Shown here: positions 13,446-25,311 of the stretch, piece by piece | How positions within the stretch are numbered: position 1 is the first letter of the stretch | Layout of the letters: each line of letters starts with the position of its first letter | Assembly: GCA_017499595.2 (NCBI GenBank) | Contig: CM039003.1 | Coordinates: 2,480,001-2,544,000 of the forward strand | Origin: Psilocybe cubensis | Lineage: Eukaryota | Length of the DNA: 64,000 nt | Reading direction: 5' to 3' | The notes under the pieces: generated by a model | What the model saw: the letters and a program-made list of their open reading frames with translations, nothing else | Databases searched by the model: none | What the model was told of the DNA's origin: nothing | Made by a program: the position numbers and the translations under genes

Positions 13446-14026
13446 ATGAGGTTCATTTCTTCACTTGTAGCATGCGCCTGTATTGTCGGAGCAGCCGCTC
13501 AGCGGAGCTTCCTCGGCGGTCCCCCTGAAGGAACAACTATCCATCCCGGAAAGCACTTTACCGTTCAGCTCATCCGCCCAGTAAGTGAGGCGCATATAAT
13601 CTGTTGGTTCCATAGTGACCATTTGGTATTTTCCGTATCACTACTGCCGGTTGGCAGAACAGCATTGAAGGCTCGACAGAGGTTGGTCTGGTCATCGGAC
13701 TCCTCTCGTGCGCTGCGCATCCGGCGGGATGTCCTACCCCAGATACACAGCTCGGCTCAATTTTGTTCAATGGTGACTTCAAGCCTACGATTCATGAGAT
13801 AGCAGGGCAGCCGTACGAGAACTTCACTGTTACCGTACCGAGCGGATTTCCTTCTGGCATTGCTCAACTTTCGACGGCTCGCTTTCATTTGATTGGAGTA
13901 AGTGGTTGAAAGCATTTGAAAACCAGGCATTTAACTCATCGATTTGACTCATCCACGTTGTGATACCAATAGGCCGGCCCGTCTCCCATTCTTGAGTTCA
14001 ACAACGTAACCCTCAATGTCGTCTGA
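13446..14026 (+). CDS. Small secreted protein C (142 aa), paralog of A and B; 3 exons
   Basis: Exons 13446-13580, 13658-13897, 13973-14026. Signal peptide MRFISSLVACACIVGAAA; exon lengths identical to B (135/240/54); shares AQLSTARFHLIGAGP.PILEFNN.TLN with B. Confidence 0.92.
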
Positions 14027-15022
14027 TAATTTGAGTGGATTGGACAGTTGAAGTAATGTTTGACGTGCGAAACATGTTTTTGTGTTTCATCATTAAAATA
14101 AGAAAAAATATCTGTGAAGGATGAAAACTTGAAGAGAAGAACTCCTGAGACACTGTCATGAAAGTTCGGCTTTGTTGACCTTTCGCCGTTGTTGTTGTAC
14201 TTTGGTACGTGCCAAAGATCTTGGCGGAAGTAATTTGGAGCGTCGCAAAGTCATTGGCAATTTTTGAGGAAACAGCGTTATGATAGCTGTAAGATTTTAG
14301 GCAGTGGCCACGCCAATGGAGGGGGCCACAAGGTGATGGTGACGGTCGAACGGAATACCCAAAATTAAAAGTCACGCTACACGCGTTGCTTGGCAAATCA
14401 CGCCAAACCAAACAACCATTCTATTTTCGGTTAGCCGAAATTCATGGACCGTGAATCTTGGGTTGAGCTTGAGCACAGTCTCTCATTCCAATCGTCACAC
14501 CGAGAATCTCCCTCCGTATAATTGTACAACCAGTCTTTTTTTAAGATATGCGCAATGTTAATATTTCTTTTTTTTTTCTTTCATGCGCTTATCAAAGAAC
14601 AAACAGAACATAGCACGCCGCAGAAAACAGGCGCTGATGCTTTGTTAAAATCCAGTCATGCAAGAGGAGAAACAATCAAGTAGTCCGTTGAAAAGAACAA
14701 TGACATCCTCCTAATTATCGACTATCTACAAAGGAAGATCATGTTTATCCATCAGACATACATGATGGCGCTCGATATAATCCTAATCGGCCACGCCGCA
14801 AGCACTCACAACACCAGCCTCCAGATCCACGTGTGTGCTTCATGTTCTTTCACCCACATACATACGCACATCCTGAATGAATCCTTACACTCCTTAGGTT
14901 ACCCCAACTTTCTTTCATCACCTTTCATCGCTGGATACAAGAAGCCAGCACCTGACGAGGGCATCGTTGCTTGACGCGCTATTCGACCTCGTCACATCCA
15001 CCTTTCGTTCATTTTGACCTCG

Positions 15023-16383
15023 ATGGTTCACCTTTACGTCCTCAACCCCACTCAAAAGCTTCGTTTTGTTTCCAGGCTGATCCTGAAGGGATCAAAACGT
15101 ATATTGAAACAGGTCAATAAGCAAGACACAAGTAGCCGAGCTTCATCATCGTCATCGTCATCGGTTACAGATGTAGAGGCTAAACGCAGGCAGAAAATTA
15201 GTATCTATGATCTCATCAAAGACGATTTGCCATCGGTCCCGGAGGGAGGCCTTACTCGCAATGCCAAATACTACATGGACGAATCAGAGGGTGGATTCTG
15301 CGTGTTTCGCGTAGAGAACACGCTGTTCAAGGTGACTATTTTAAACATAGTTTTGTGGAAATATTGCTGAATTTAGGAATTATTCCAGGTCCACAAGTGT
15401 TACCTTCTCAGGGAGCCGTCAGCATTTGGCGATATGTTCAGTCTTCCAAATATTCCTGGTATTCGGGAGGGCACCTCAGATGAAGTAGCTATCCCGCTTT
15501 GGGATACCGCCCAGCAATTTGAAGATTTATTATGGGTCTTGTATGCAATGTACGCGCATATTGTGTCGCTCAAAAGAAGTTGCTAACATCGGTAACCTTC
15601 AGACCCAGCCAACTATTTTCCTGCAACGAGGCAGACGAGCCTTCGCTCGAACGGTTACTTAACATAGCCGAAATGACCAACAAATACTGCATCGCCTCAT
15701 ATGAATCTTGGTCCCTTCAAAAACTCTATATGCTTGCGCAGAACCCCGCAGGATTCCTCCGCACTTCTCCTGCATCAGCATGTGCTCGCGCACTCGATAT
15801 CGCTGCCCTATGTAATGACCAGAAACTTCTCGACATGATTTGTCACCGCCTCATCCCTCGTATTCTATGGTCGGACGTGGAGCGCGAACCTTTCCTCAAA
15901 GTGGCCGAAACTCGCGGGCTTCGAAAGCTGCAAGGCGTGTTGTACTACAAGGAGTTGATCGAGATGGACAGGGCCTCAGCCAGTAGCAATAAACAAACAT
16001 CACCCAACCGCCTTATCTTTCCTCCTGATATGAACGTTCGGAAGCGCATGTGCTTTTTTTCTGCCCACTATTCACTCTGCGGTCTGTGGGAGTGCGTTGC
16101 GATGGACGCCCCGACATTTATCGATCATGGATGCCCCTCACACGCCGAGTGTCTCTCGGCCTGGTCAGCAATGTGGACGGAGGCTGCTTGTGCGCACCAG
16201 ACGATGCGTCATAGTTCCGTTGATGTCCTTGGAAGGCTGAAAGCCATGATGCTCATATTGAAAAAGACCGTCAGAGAGTCCGAGTCCATGACTTTGGGCT
16301 GTACACTCGCTGCGCTAGAGTCCATCACGCTGACAAGAGATGATATCATTGCTGGATTGATGGATCATTTCCAAGATTTCTGA
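15023..16383 (+). CDS. BTB/POZ-like domain protein, paralog 2; 3 exons
   Basis: Exons 15023-15331, 15389-15549, 15603-16383. VFRVENTLFK|VHKCYL.R.PSAFGDMFSLP...EGTSDE..IPL.DTA.QFEDLLWVLY is a typical agaricomycete BTB signature. Confidence 0.88.
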
Positions 16384-16675
16384 ATGCATACCGTACGCGT
16401 TTTACTTGTTCATTAAGTTATCTATTTTATAGAATTGTCTGTATATATCTTCAATCATTCACTGCATGTCGCTTTGCTGTACTTTTTGCTGTAATTGTAT
16501 GTAATATAAACTCGTTGAAACTGTTCTTAAAACACTCTCCTCGCCGTTGTCAAGTGATTTACAATGAAATTGGAAAACTGCGTGTGTATATAATACAACT
16601 TGTTTAATCGTAGCGTCATAAATTTATAGTACATCGTAAATACATCAAGATTTTCATGTCGTCATGAATGCCAGC

Positions 16676-18948
16676 TCAAACTGGATTGGCCAAAGTGACC
16701 TCAGTGAGGTAGCTCATCGCCTCAGCGCGGTAGTCGTCTGTGTCTGTTACGATGGGGTTCAGACCATCGACGTAAGTCGCAATTTTGCGAGTTGCAAGTG
16801 TGTATTTTGGCCACTGGTAGCCAAAAACAGGGTTGGGGTCGAGTTTGTTGACGAAACGGATCAGATGACCCGCCATGTCGCCTCCACCGTAGACGTTGAG
16901 AATGTCAGAGAAATGGAACTGTGTCACATTATGGTCAGGAGGATGTTATAGTGGGCATTGATTTTCGAAAAACTTACAGCTCCGAGACCAGGGATACCTT
17001 TGAGTCTCTTGCTCACTATCGATAAAAAAAGGATCAGCCACATTTTGGTCTTACAATATAGAGGTAAGAAGGCCGTACCAAATACCCAGACATTTTGCTT
17101 GCTCGCAGTATGCTGCAGCATCCAGCGACGAGGCGCTTGGAATACACCATCTCCTTGGAATGCAGCCAGCCGCTTGAACTGGGGCGTCACTGCGTTAAAG
17201 ATGCCAGTATTAAAAGGAGATCCTGCAGTTATATCATTGGGGTACAGTTTTGCGATCTTGTCAATCTGTGCGTTGCTCGTGCCAGGCAAGAATGTATTTT
17301 TGAGGTAAGATTTAAACTGGGCGTCGGTACTGTACAACAAAGGAGTAAGTTCCAGAAGTGGTGTTTCTGGGGGGTCGTTAAAATGACTGACGTGACATTG
17401 AGGTTGGCAAGGGAAAAAAGAGTGCCTTCATCATCACAATTGCCAGTGACGTAAGGAATCTTTGCAACCTTTCCCTGCTGAACAAGATTCTGGGGATTGT
17501 CCGTCAAAAAAACGCCGTCTGTGCGGGGTAGCCACGCAAGGTTGAGAGACTGGAGAAAATAAATTCAACAAAATGTCCAGCGTTGATCTTCACTGACACA
17601 CATACCTGGTAAGCAAAAATGCCAGGAGATTTGTTGATGGCAGCCTTCAATTTAGCATATGGGATAGTTCTCAAGCAATCGAGAGTATCTGATGCGCCAG
17701 TGCAACCAGTTTCTTTAACCACGGCATCGTAATACTTCTGGCCATTTGTGATGTCACCAACTGGAATGGTGGCTCCTGATTGCATGAACCCGCCTCTGAA
17801 AAGACCCTCTGTGTTGCCAGCATTCGCCACCATCTGCAGAGCAACAGATATAGCGCCAGCGGATTCACCCCAACTGGAAAAATATCGTAAATGAGTCGTG
17901 CGAGATATAACAGGAATAACGAATTCAAACCTACATGGTCACTTTGGTGGGATCACCGCCAAATTGAGTGATATACTTTTGGATCCACCGCAGAGCCTCA
18001 CGTTCTGTATACATTGCGTTAACAAAAATCGGTAGTAACATAATCAAACGTACGATCTTGAAGACCAAGGTTGCCGACACCAGCTTCTTTCACCTCTTTA
18101 CTTGCAAGGAAGCCGAACCCAGTTAACCTAATCGCAAGGTATTAAAACATGAACGTGTTTATGACAGAGAAAGTGTTATAAGCACCTATAATTCATGCTG
18201 ACGTAGATGACAGGTTGTCCAAGATCTTGGGACTTTTTGACGATTAATGCTCCATCATACATAGAAGTACTTCCGAGTTCGAAACCACCTGTCGCAGGAG
18301 GGTCAAAATTATACGGTAGAGGTGTTGATGACTTGGCTTACCGCCAAATATCCACTAAAATGTCTGGGTCAGCAATAAATTGTAGTACATGTCGAAAAGA
18401 TACTTACCACAACGACAGGGAGCTTGGAACCAGGAGTAGCAGTAGCGGGTTTCACGACGTTGACAGTGAGGCCTGGAAATGTTGAGCATAAGGCAAAGAT
18501 TCGATGGTGTGTCAGCACGACTCACAATCTTCATCGTCAGGGAAGATTTGACCAAAAATTGAATTGATCACATAGTTCGCTGCTTCCGCTGTCAGGCCGG
18601 AGAGGAGAGGCAATCCGACAGATTGTTGACCACATGAGGGTCCGTATTTCTTTGCGTCGTAGGAACCATTCGTGTATGTGATAGGCTGGGGTAAGCGATA
18701 CCTAAGGTTTCCGACCCTTAGAACCAAAAAAAAAAACAGTCAATGGAAGAGTCTAATTGGAATATTGAAAACATTTACGGAGGTTGGGCGAATGGGATGC
18801 CTAAGAACCTCTGTACCGTCCCAGAGGTCTCTCCAACGAACGTCGCGCTTCCGAGAGTGACTGATGGACTAACGAGCGCGGTGGGAGCAGCGGAGACGTA
18901 AACCGAGTGAAGCACGATGCTCAGCAGGAAGTGGCGGAGCATGACCAT
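16676..18948 (-). CDS. Secreted type-B carboxylesterase/lipase (alpha/beta hydrolase); many short introns including a 13-nt exon at 18342-18354
   Basis: Signal peptide, FLGIPFAQPP, EDCL, WIFGGGF, GNLGLQD, FGGDPTKVT, nucleophile WGESAG, acid GNCDDEG, His in FHFSD. Confidence 0.95.
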
Positions 18949-19015
18949 CGTCGACGTGAAGGGACTGGCACAGAGACACCTTCAAGGGGAAACTACCAAT
19001 GTTTCGCAAGGCACA

Positions 19016-19022
19016 TTTTATA
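19016..19022 (-). promoter_or_regulatory. TATA box of the carboxylesterase gene
   Basis: TATAAAA on the minus strand about 70 bp upstream of the ATG at 18948. Confidence 0.55.
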
Positions 19023-20254
19023 CTAGAGGCTGAGAGGAGGATGTGCTCCCGACAAGGACCTGGGAATCTCTAAATGAGGCGTTCAATGGCGCCTCATCAC
19101 GGGTCGGACACAACACGCGGACAAATTCATAGGCGCGGCGCAGGACTGAAAGTCGACACAGGACAGAGGTATGATCGTTTAAAAAAATTAACCAAATTGC
19201 CCCAGCGTAATAAACAAAACCACGATATCGTCGCCAACGACTACCCGATATATTTATTTCAAAGACAATATTGCGTCGCTTGTCTACTGTTGTCTACCTG
19301 CGACTGTCGAGAAAAAAAATGAATAAGCAGTAGGACAAAATAAAATAAAAAAGTAGATTAGCCCGAGTAGGGCTCACCTGTGCTACATTAAAGCCAGACA
19401 CAGGGACCGTAAACCCGAAAATACTGAAAAGAGACGCTTTAGCGGATCATATACCAGTCAGCAGTCATCGATTCATACGACCAGTTTGCGTCACTTGCGT
19501 TGGAAGCGCGCGTGGTGAAGCCAGCTCCGAGTACAAAAAACTCTATTCATCGGACACGGACACCCGGACATAACCAACCAGAGAACAGCAGGACAACCAT
19601 AAACGCGTAAAAAAGCTCGTCCAATTGCTTCCTTTCTCCAGGGTCCCCGCAGTTCCAATTGGCCCACACCCAGCCAGCGCACACCATCGGAGGTGAACGC
19701 AAAAGCAGCTAAACGCTTGCCCTTCAGCGCCTTGGCGGAGGACGCGTATGTGTGTGTTGGCACAGCATGACCCTTGGAATCAAAGCCCAGTCCATTGGAT
19801 CGTCGAGCATCGCGGAGAAATAATCGTCTAACAGGCAGGTCTTGTGACGGTGCAGAGGAGAGGAACGTAAGCCTGGCACAATAACAACGCCAAACCGATG
19901 TTAGGCGCGCCAAGGCACGGGTGCATGTGAATCCTTTGCTTCAGACCCTCCTCAAACAGCCTCAAACCAGCTCAACTCATTTCGCCGCGTCTTCTTCCCC
20001 ACAAAACTGACGCCCGCGACACGGATCTCTTAATGAAACAAAAGCAAAAAGTTGGGGTAAAATTTGCAATAAATTGAAAATTTTTGATTGGGTATGCAAA
20101 ATAGCAACATAGAAAACACAACAACATCGTCCGTTGGCATGACGGAATCCAATTTCGTCCGTCACCGAGTCGAGTCCGTCATCAGCAAATCCATACATAC
20201 AAGTTTCCAACAACTTGGACGTTCAGCTACAGAAAGTCAAAAAAAAAAATAAGG

Positions 20255-23200
20255 TTACAACAACATGCGCATAGCGATGGCGCCCAGTACGAGATACAAA
20301 GTTACAAGCTCCTTGCTTGCACCGCGCAGCGACACAGCTGCCGATTTTCCATTCGAGCCGCCGCCGGGCAAGGTGCCATGGGCCTCGGGCGAATCCAACA
20401 AGTTAGGGCACTGAGGCGCCTCAATCACACCTCCATAATTGCTCGCCACCCAAAGCAGCACTCCATTCGTCCATCCGAACCCAGCCTAAACCAGAAAGAA
20501 AAAGAAAACGTCAGTGCCATTCGTTGAATTTTTTAAATCACGTTCGTCCAGTCCATTCATGACATTCATGAGGACAAAAAATGAAAGACAGATGAACGAT
20601 GATCAAAAGTACATCATGCAAGGTTCCTCTTACCTGAACAGTATACTCTCCACCGCGTCCGGCAGAGTCAATGTCCACATTGGAAAACTTTTCAAACATC
20701 TGATTTTCGCATTATGACTCGTCAGTAAAAGTTCCAACCCAGAAAGCCCTCGACCAGACTTACATTGCCCGTATTACCGATGCTCAAAGTCACATTGAGC
20801 TCCTGGTCAGACAGCCTAGGAAGAATCCCAGGGATTTCTCCTCCCGTCGCATGCCTATCACATCAACCAATATCAATCAACAACTATCCCAACCACCCAG
20901 CCACCCAAACCAAAAAAAAAAAAAAAAAAAAAGACCCACTCACCAACTACAAAGCGTACTCGCAAAGTACCTATTCGCCAACTGCCTCTGGAGAGCCTGC
21001 GACCACCCCTCTCCATCCGTCGCATTCCCACCATTAAAGACCGTCCCATTGCCCTTATTCAAATCCGCAGAAGGACCCGTCGTCGTAGAATTCACGATCG
21101 TCGTTCCACCGTGGACAGGCTGGCCAGGGAGCTGCGCCTCGTCGAGCCCGAGCTGGCCAGCTGGGATCAAGTCGAACGTCGACTGGCCGGATGACGGTGT
21201 GGGCAGAGCTCCCTTTGACACGTTCGCGGGTATCGAGCGGAGTGCTTGGATGATGATGTATTGGTGTGGCGGCCATGCGTTGGGTGCATCCCTAAAATTA
21301 TTGTCAGCCCTCGGCCTCATCCGTTAACCTAGCCATCAACCCTTCACTGACCATTGGAGTCCGGTGTCAACAAATGTCGTCGGGAACGTTCCATTATACC
21401 GATTCAGAACCATATTGACCGACGAAAACACCGAAAACGCAGTCTGCTCGCTCTTCGCGACTTCCGGTGGAACAATGCCAGCCCAGAACGGATAGAACGC
21501 AGCGGCGCTGAACACAGTGCTCCTGCTATTGGTGTTTCGAATGAAATCATAGAAGGCGACCTGTGCAAGAGTCGAACACAGTCAATACATATGATGGGTT
21601 CAGGGGCAGAATGTATGCATGCGCTGCGCACCTTGTCAGAGTCCCAGAAGAGATCGAGGATTGCTGTCTTCAAAGACGCAGCTGCGGCGGTATGCCTGCT
21701 AGCCGCTGTCTGGTTAGAAGATCCATACAAGCCAGCAAGAAGTACATGGTTCCTATCTATTCAACAACACATCAGCCACCACGGGAATCCACGCCGAATG
21801 TTGCAGAGCAGAGATTGAAAACACTCACAGAGGATACTGTTCAAGTCGACTCCAATTGTATTCCTGACGTTCAAGCTCCTCAGGCCGTTCGTGGCGTTGG
21901 GCGTGGAATACCATCGCATGGTATAATCCCATCCAGTCTCCGCACCACTCGCAAGTTCGGCGTACAGCGCGGCCTTTTCCGTGTCGTTGAGGGCAGGGGT
22001 GACACTTGGGTCATTGGCAGTCGTGTAATCTGGATCGGCCAGATTATTTTAGAAAAAAAAGGCATTAAATTATCGAATGGAAAAAGGGGGGAAAGATGAA
22101 GAGATTATTATCTTGTCAATCAGCGATTTGGAAAAAAAAAGAAAAGCAAGGCAGAATTTCACGCACCCGTCAGATAAGATTCAGGACGCGGAGCACTGTT
22201 GTTCACAGCGTAGTGGTAGACCGTGTGAGTCTGATTTGTGAATGGGCTAGTGATTTGGAGCGAGCGGTTGTCGCTCCACCATTTCAACTCTTTCTGCAGG
22301 GGGTGAGGGGTTCGCGTCAGTCAACTAAACAGGCACATATTTTTCGCACACACTTACCTCTGCCAAAGGAAGTGCACGCTTCAGGATATTTCTGTCTCCG
22401 CTGGTTTGGACATAACGCGCCAACATCTAATTTTAAAGTAGGTTTTCTTTTTTAGCCACTGCCAGTTGGGGTAGAGTTATGAATACCCCTACCTGGATGA
22501 ACAGAGGAGGCTGCGATCTGTTCAGGTCTAGTGATGCAATCTATATCATCGACCGGGCAAAAGCAACTGGTACGATAACTTACAATAGATGCGTCCTCCA
22601 TTCGGGATGAAGCCGAAGGTATCAAGCTGGTCCATAAAGTTTTGCAGGGTATCATTGACGATGCTGAACAGCTGCGACTCGATCAATCCCTCAACAATCC
22701 AGAAACTATCCCAGTAATAAATCTCCCTGAACCGACCACCTGAACCGACCAACCAATCAGCACAGCAACACCCGGTGCATCAAACGCCCACATACCAGGA
22801 ACCACAAACGTATGGTTGAGCGGGATCAACGTGCTCTCGCACTTCCCACTCGACCCACAGAGCGTCGACTCGTTCGTGCCGCGCACGAGCTGCGTCCAGA
22901 ATCCATGCACGGTCTGCGCGAACGCCTTGGGGAGCGACGCGGTGACGTTGGCGAGGAACGGCGGGTCCGGGGTGAAGCCCGGCAGCGCGAGCGCCTCGAG
23001 CTCGAGCCCCTCGCCCGTAAAGTCCGCATCGACAAAGTCGACAATCTGCTGGAACGTAGTCCCATTCGCGATATTTTCAAAGTCGGCAAGCACCGCCTGG
23101 GCGTCTTTGCTCGTGGGCTGTATAAGAAAAATTGTCGGGGGTTATATTTAGTCAACACGAATATGGAATGGAATGTGCATCGTCATGCGGTGCGTGTGGG

Positions 23201-23596
23201 GGGAGGGGAGGGGAGTGGGGAGTGGGGGGTGCTTACTTTGTCGACAAAAGTCTTGTCATCAGGGAATAAGTGGGCGACATTGACCGTTTGCAGCAACTGA
23301 TTAGATGTCAGCGCCAGATATACATCATCATATCATCATCATCAAAAGTCGAAAATACGCACCGGCCCAGCACAGAAGATATCAGAAGGGCACCAAGCTT
23401 GCTTGGGGGGCAAGGCCACCTGGGATGGGAGCGGGGAGCTGAGGGGCGCAGTTGGGCTGGGTACCGCGGTGGAGAGCGTGATAGTAGGCACCGCGGTGCT
23501 CACGACGCCTCCAGGAGCCGTCGCGGAGCTCACGGACGACTGTGCTCGTGCGACGCCGTGGAAGAGCAGCGTGAGCGCGGCAGATGCGGTCAACAT
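20255..23596 (-). CDS. Secreted GH37 trehalase with a hydrophobic C-terminal tail (possible GPI signal); multi-exon
   Basis: Signal peptide and Ser/Thr/Pro-rich linker. GH37 motifs DKTFVD, PGGRFREIYYWDS, IPNGGRIYYLNRSQPP, YAELASGAESGWDY, PVDLN, QWDAPNAWPP, MFEKF, GGEYTVQAGFGWTNG. Ends ELVTLYLVLGAIAMRMLL. Confidence 0.95.
20912..20932. repeat. A21 homopolymer in a trehalase intron
   Basis: 21 consecutive A. Confidence 0.9.
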
Positions 23597-23671
23597 GTTG
23601 ACGCGTTTTCGTGTGTGCAGTCAGAGATGGATGCGAGGTCCTCTTCGGAGCACAGACACAGTGTGGGCTGC

Positions 23672-23678
23672 TTTTATA
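23672..23678 (-). promoter_or_regulatory. TATA box of the trehalase gene
   Basis: TATAAAA on the minus strand about 76 bp upstream of the ATG. Confidence 0.55.
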
Positions 23679-25170
23679 CGGGACGAGCCGTTTGAGATCC
23701 GACTGAGGGTGGGACGCGCTTGATGCCTATCGCCGTGCGTTCACACTTTATGAGGGCGCCGCCTTTATATAGGTGCGAGAGGCGAGCCAATACATAAAGC
23801 ACAAGTGCACAGTTGCGATCAAAAAGACAAAACGCGCGAATGAAGAGTTATGACATCGGCCATGGTAGCCCAATCCCATTCCATCAGAGGGCAGTCGGCA
23901 AAATTGTAATTGTGGGGATGGAGCGCGAGATTTAGAAGCGTGCACCAGGTGATCATTGATCCAACGGAAATAGACTCCCATCTTAGCTGTGACTCTCTCC
24001 CCTCCCATCGGATCCATGCGCTGAAGTCATTTCGAGGTCCAGCAGCGACGCAGTGCATAGCAGTTAAGGGCGCCTATGTGCATACAGCACGATGGGATAA
24101 AGGTCGTAGATGTGTACCAGGTTCCATTTCGTCGAGGCTCTGGTGGCAGACAGACGCGACACTGGACAGAGAAGATCCTTGTTTGCCGGTGAGTCTGCCT
24201 TGTTTGGCGCTAGGCATCCCAAACCCAAAAGCATACATACGTCATCCAAAGCCTGAGCTCAGGTTCTGGGCACAGGCAAAAACTCAGGGTTGCGAAATGC
24301 CCCACATGCCTCTGGAAATAACTCTACATGTTTACTCCAATGTAAAACCATCCTCATCGCACCGCGAATACGTATATAGTACAACAAAATTGTTTTTATC
24401 AACGAAAAACCTAATGGAGCTGTGGTGGCTAAATAGTTAATAGTAAATGGTAACAACCCTATACAATCACTTTTTTCTCTCATGTTCGAGCTCAAAGCTT
24501 AGAACTGACCTGACTACCAGCTGAATCTCCACTTTTGCTCAACAACTCAACAAACGTTACAACGGTTCAACTGCGAATCCCAGGGCCTCATTGAACACAA
24601 AATAGGCCTCTCGCCGCCCCTGCGATGGTCAATCAACGTGTTCTTTATCCAAGTGAGCATAGAGGTGGACTCAACGAAAGAGCAAAATATTTTTTTTCTT
24701 TTCTTTTTTCACAAAGCGGCCCAAGCAAAACCGCTTTCCAATCCCACTCGAATAACGATCACGATCACGTATAACAAAGAGAGAAAAAAAAGAGCAATAT
24801 CATTTACATCTTGTGAGGTGAATCGAAAGGTTGAACTCACGTCACACATCTACATCTCCTCTTTCCCCCACTTCTCATGGTTCATGGCTGTCACACACCG
24901 CAACTAAATCGAAAAACGCGCGACAGCCAGACCAAACAACAAACCAATAACGAACACTAAAAAACGTTAAAAAAACCCGACCCGACCCCGACAACCCCCG
25001 CCGACAAAAAGTGACAGACAGTGAACGTGAACAGTGATAATCATAATCCCATTCTCAGCAGAACATACCACACAACGCACCTGCGTTCCCGACTTCCATA
25101 CGCCCGTCCCCCAAGAAAGAATTAACTGAAAAAACAATACACCGTGCCATGCCGTGCCTAACAAACCCTC

Positions 25171-25206
<36 letters not shown>

Positions 25207-25300
25207 CTTCTCTCTGCTCTCTCCACACACAACCCACACACCCCTCGCCCGCAGGTGTCTTGTCTGATCTGATCTGGTCTGATATGATATGATATGATCT
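25171..25300. repeat. Compound microsatellite (CT)11(GT)7 followed by TCTGA/TATGA pentamer repeats
   Basis: (CT)11 at 25171-25192, (GT)7 at 25193-25206, pentamers at about 25263-25300; immediately 3' of the SNU71-like stop. Confidence 0.9.
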
Positions 25301-25311
25301 GCTTTGTTTAT

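Noticed and set aside
19340-19980. Structured ncRNA upstream of the carboxylesterase
   Set aside because: Only short inverted repeats (AGCCC...GGGCT; GCCTTGGCG/CGCCAAGGC) and no recognisable RNA-family motif; compatible with promoter DNA.
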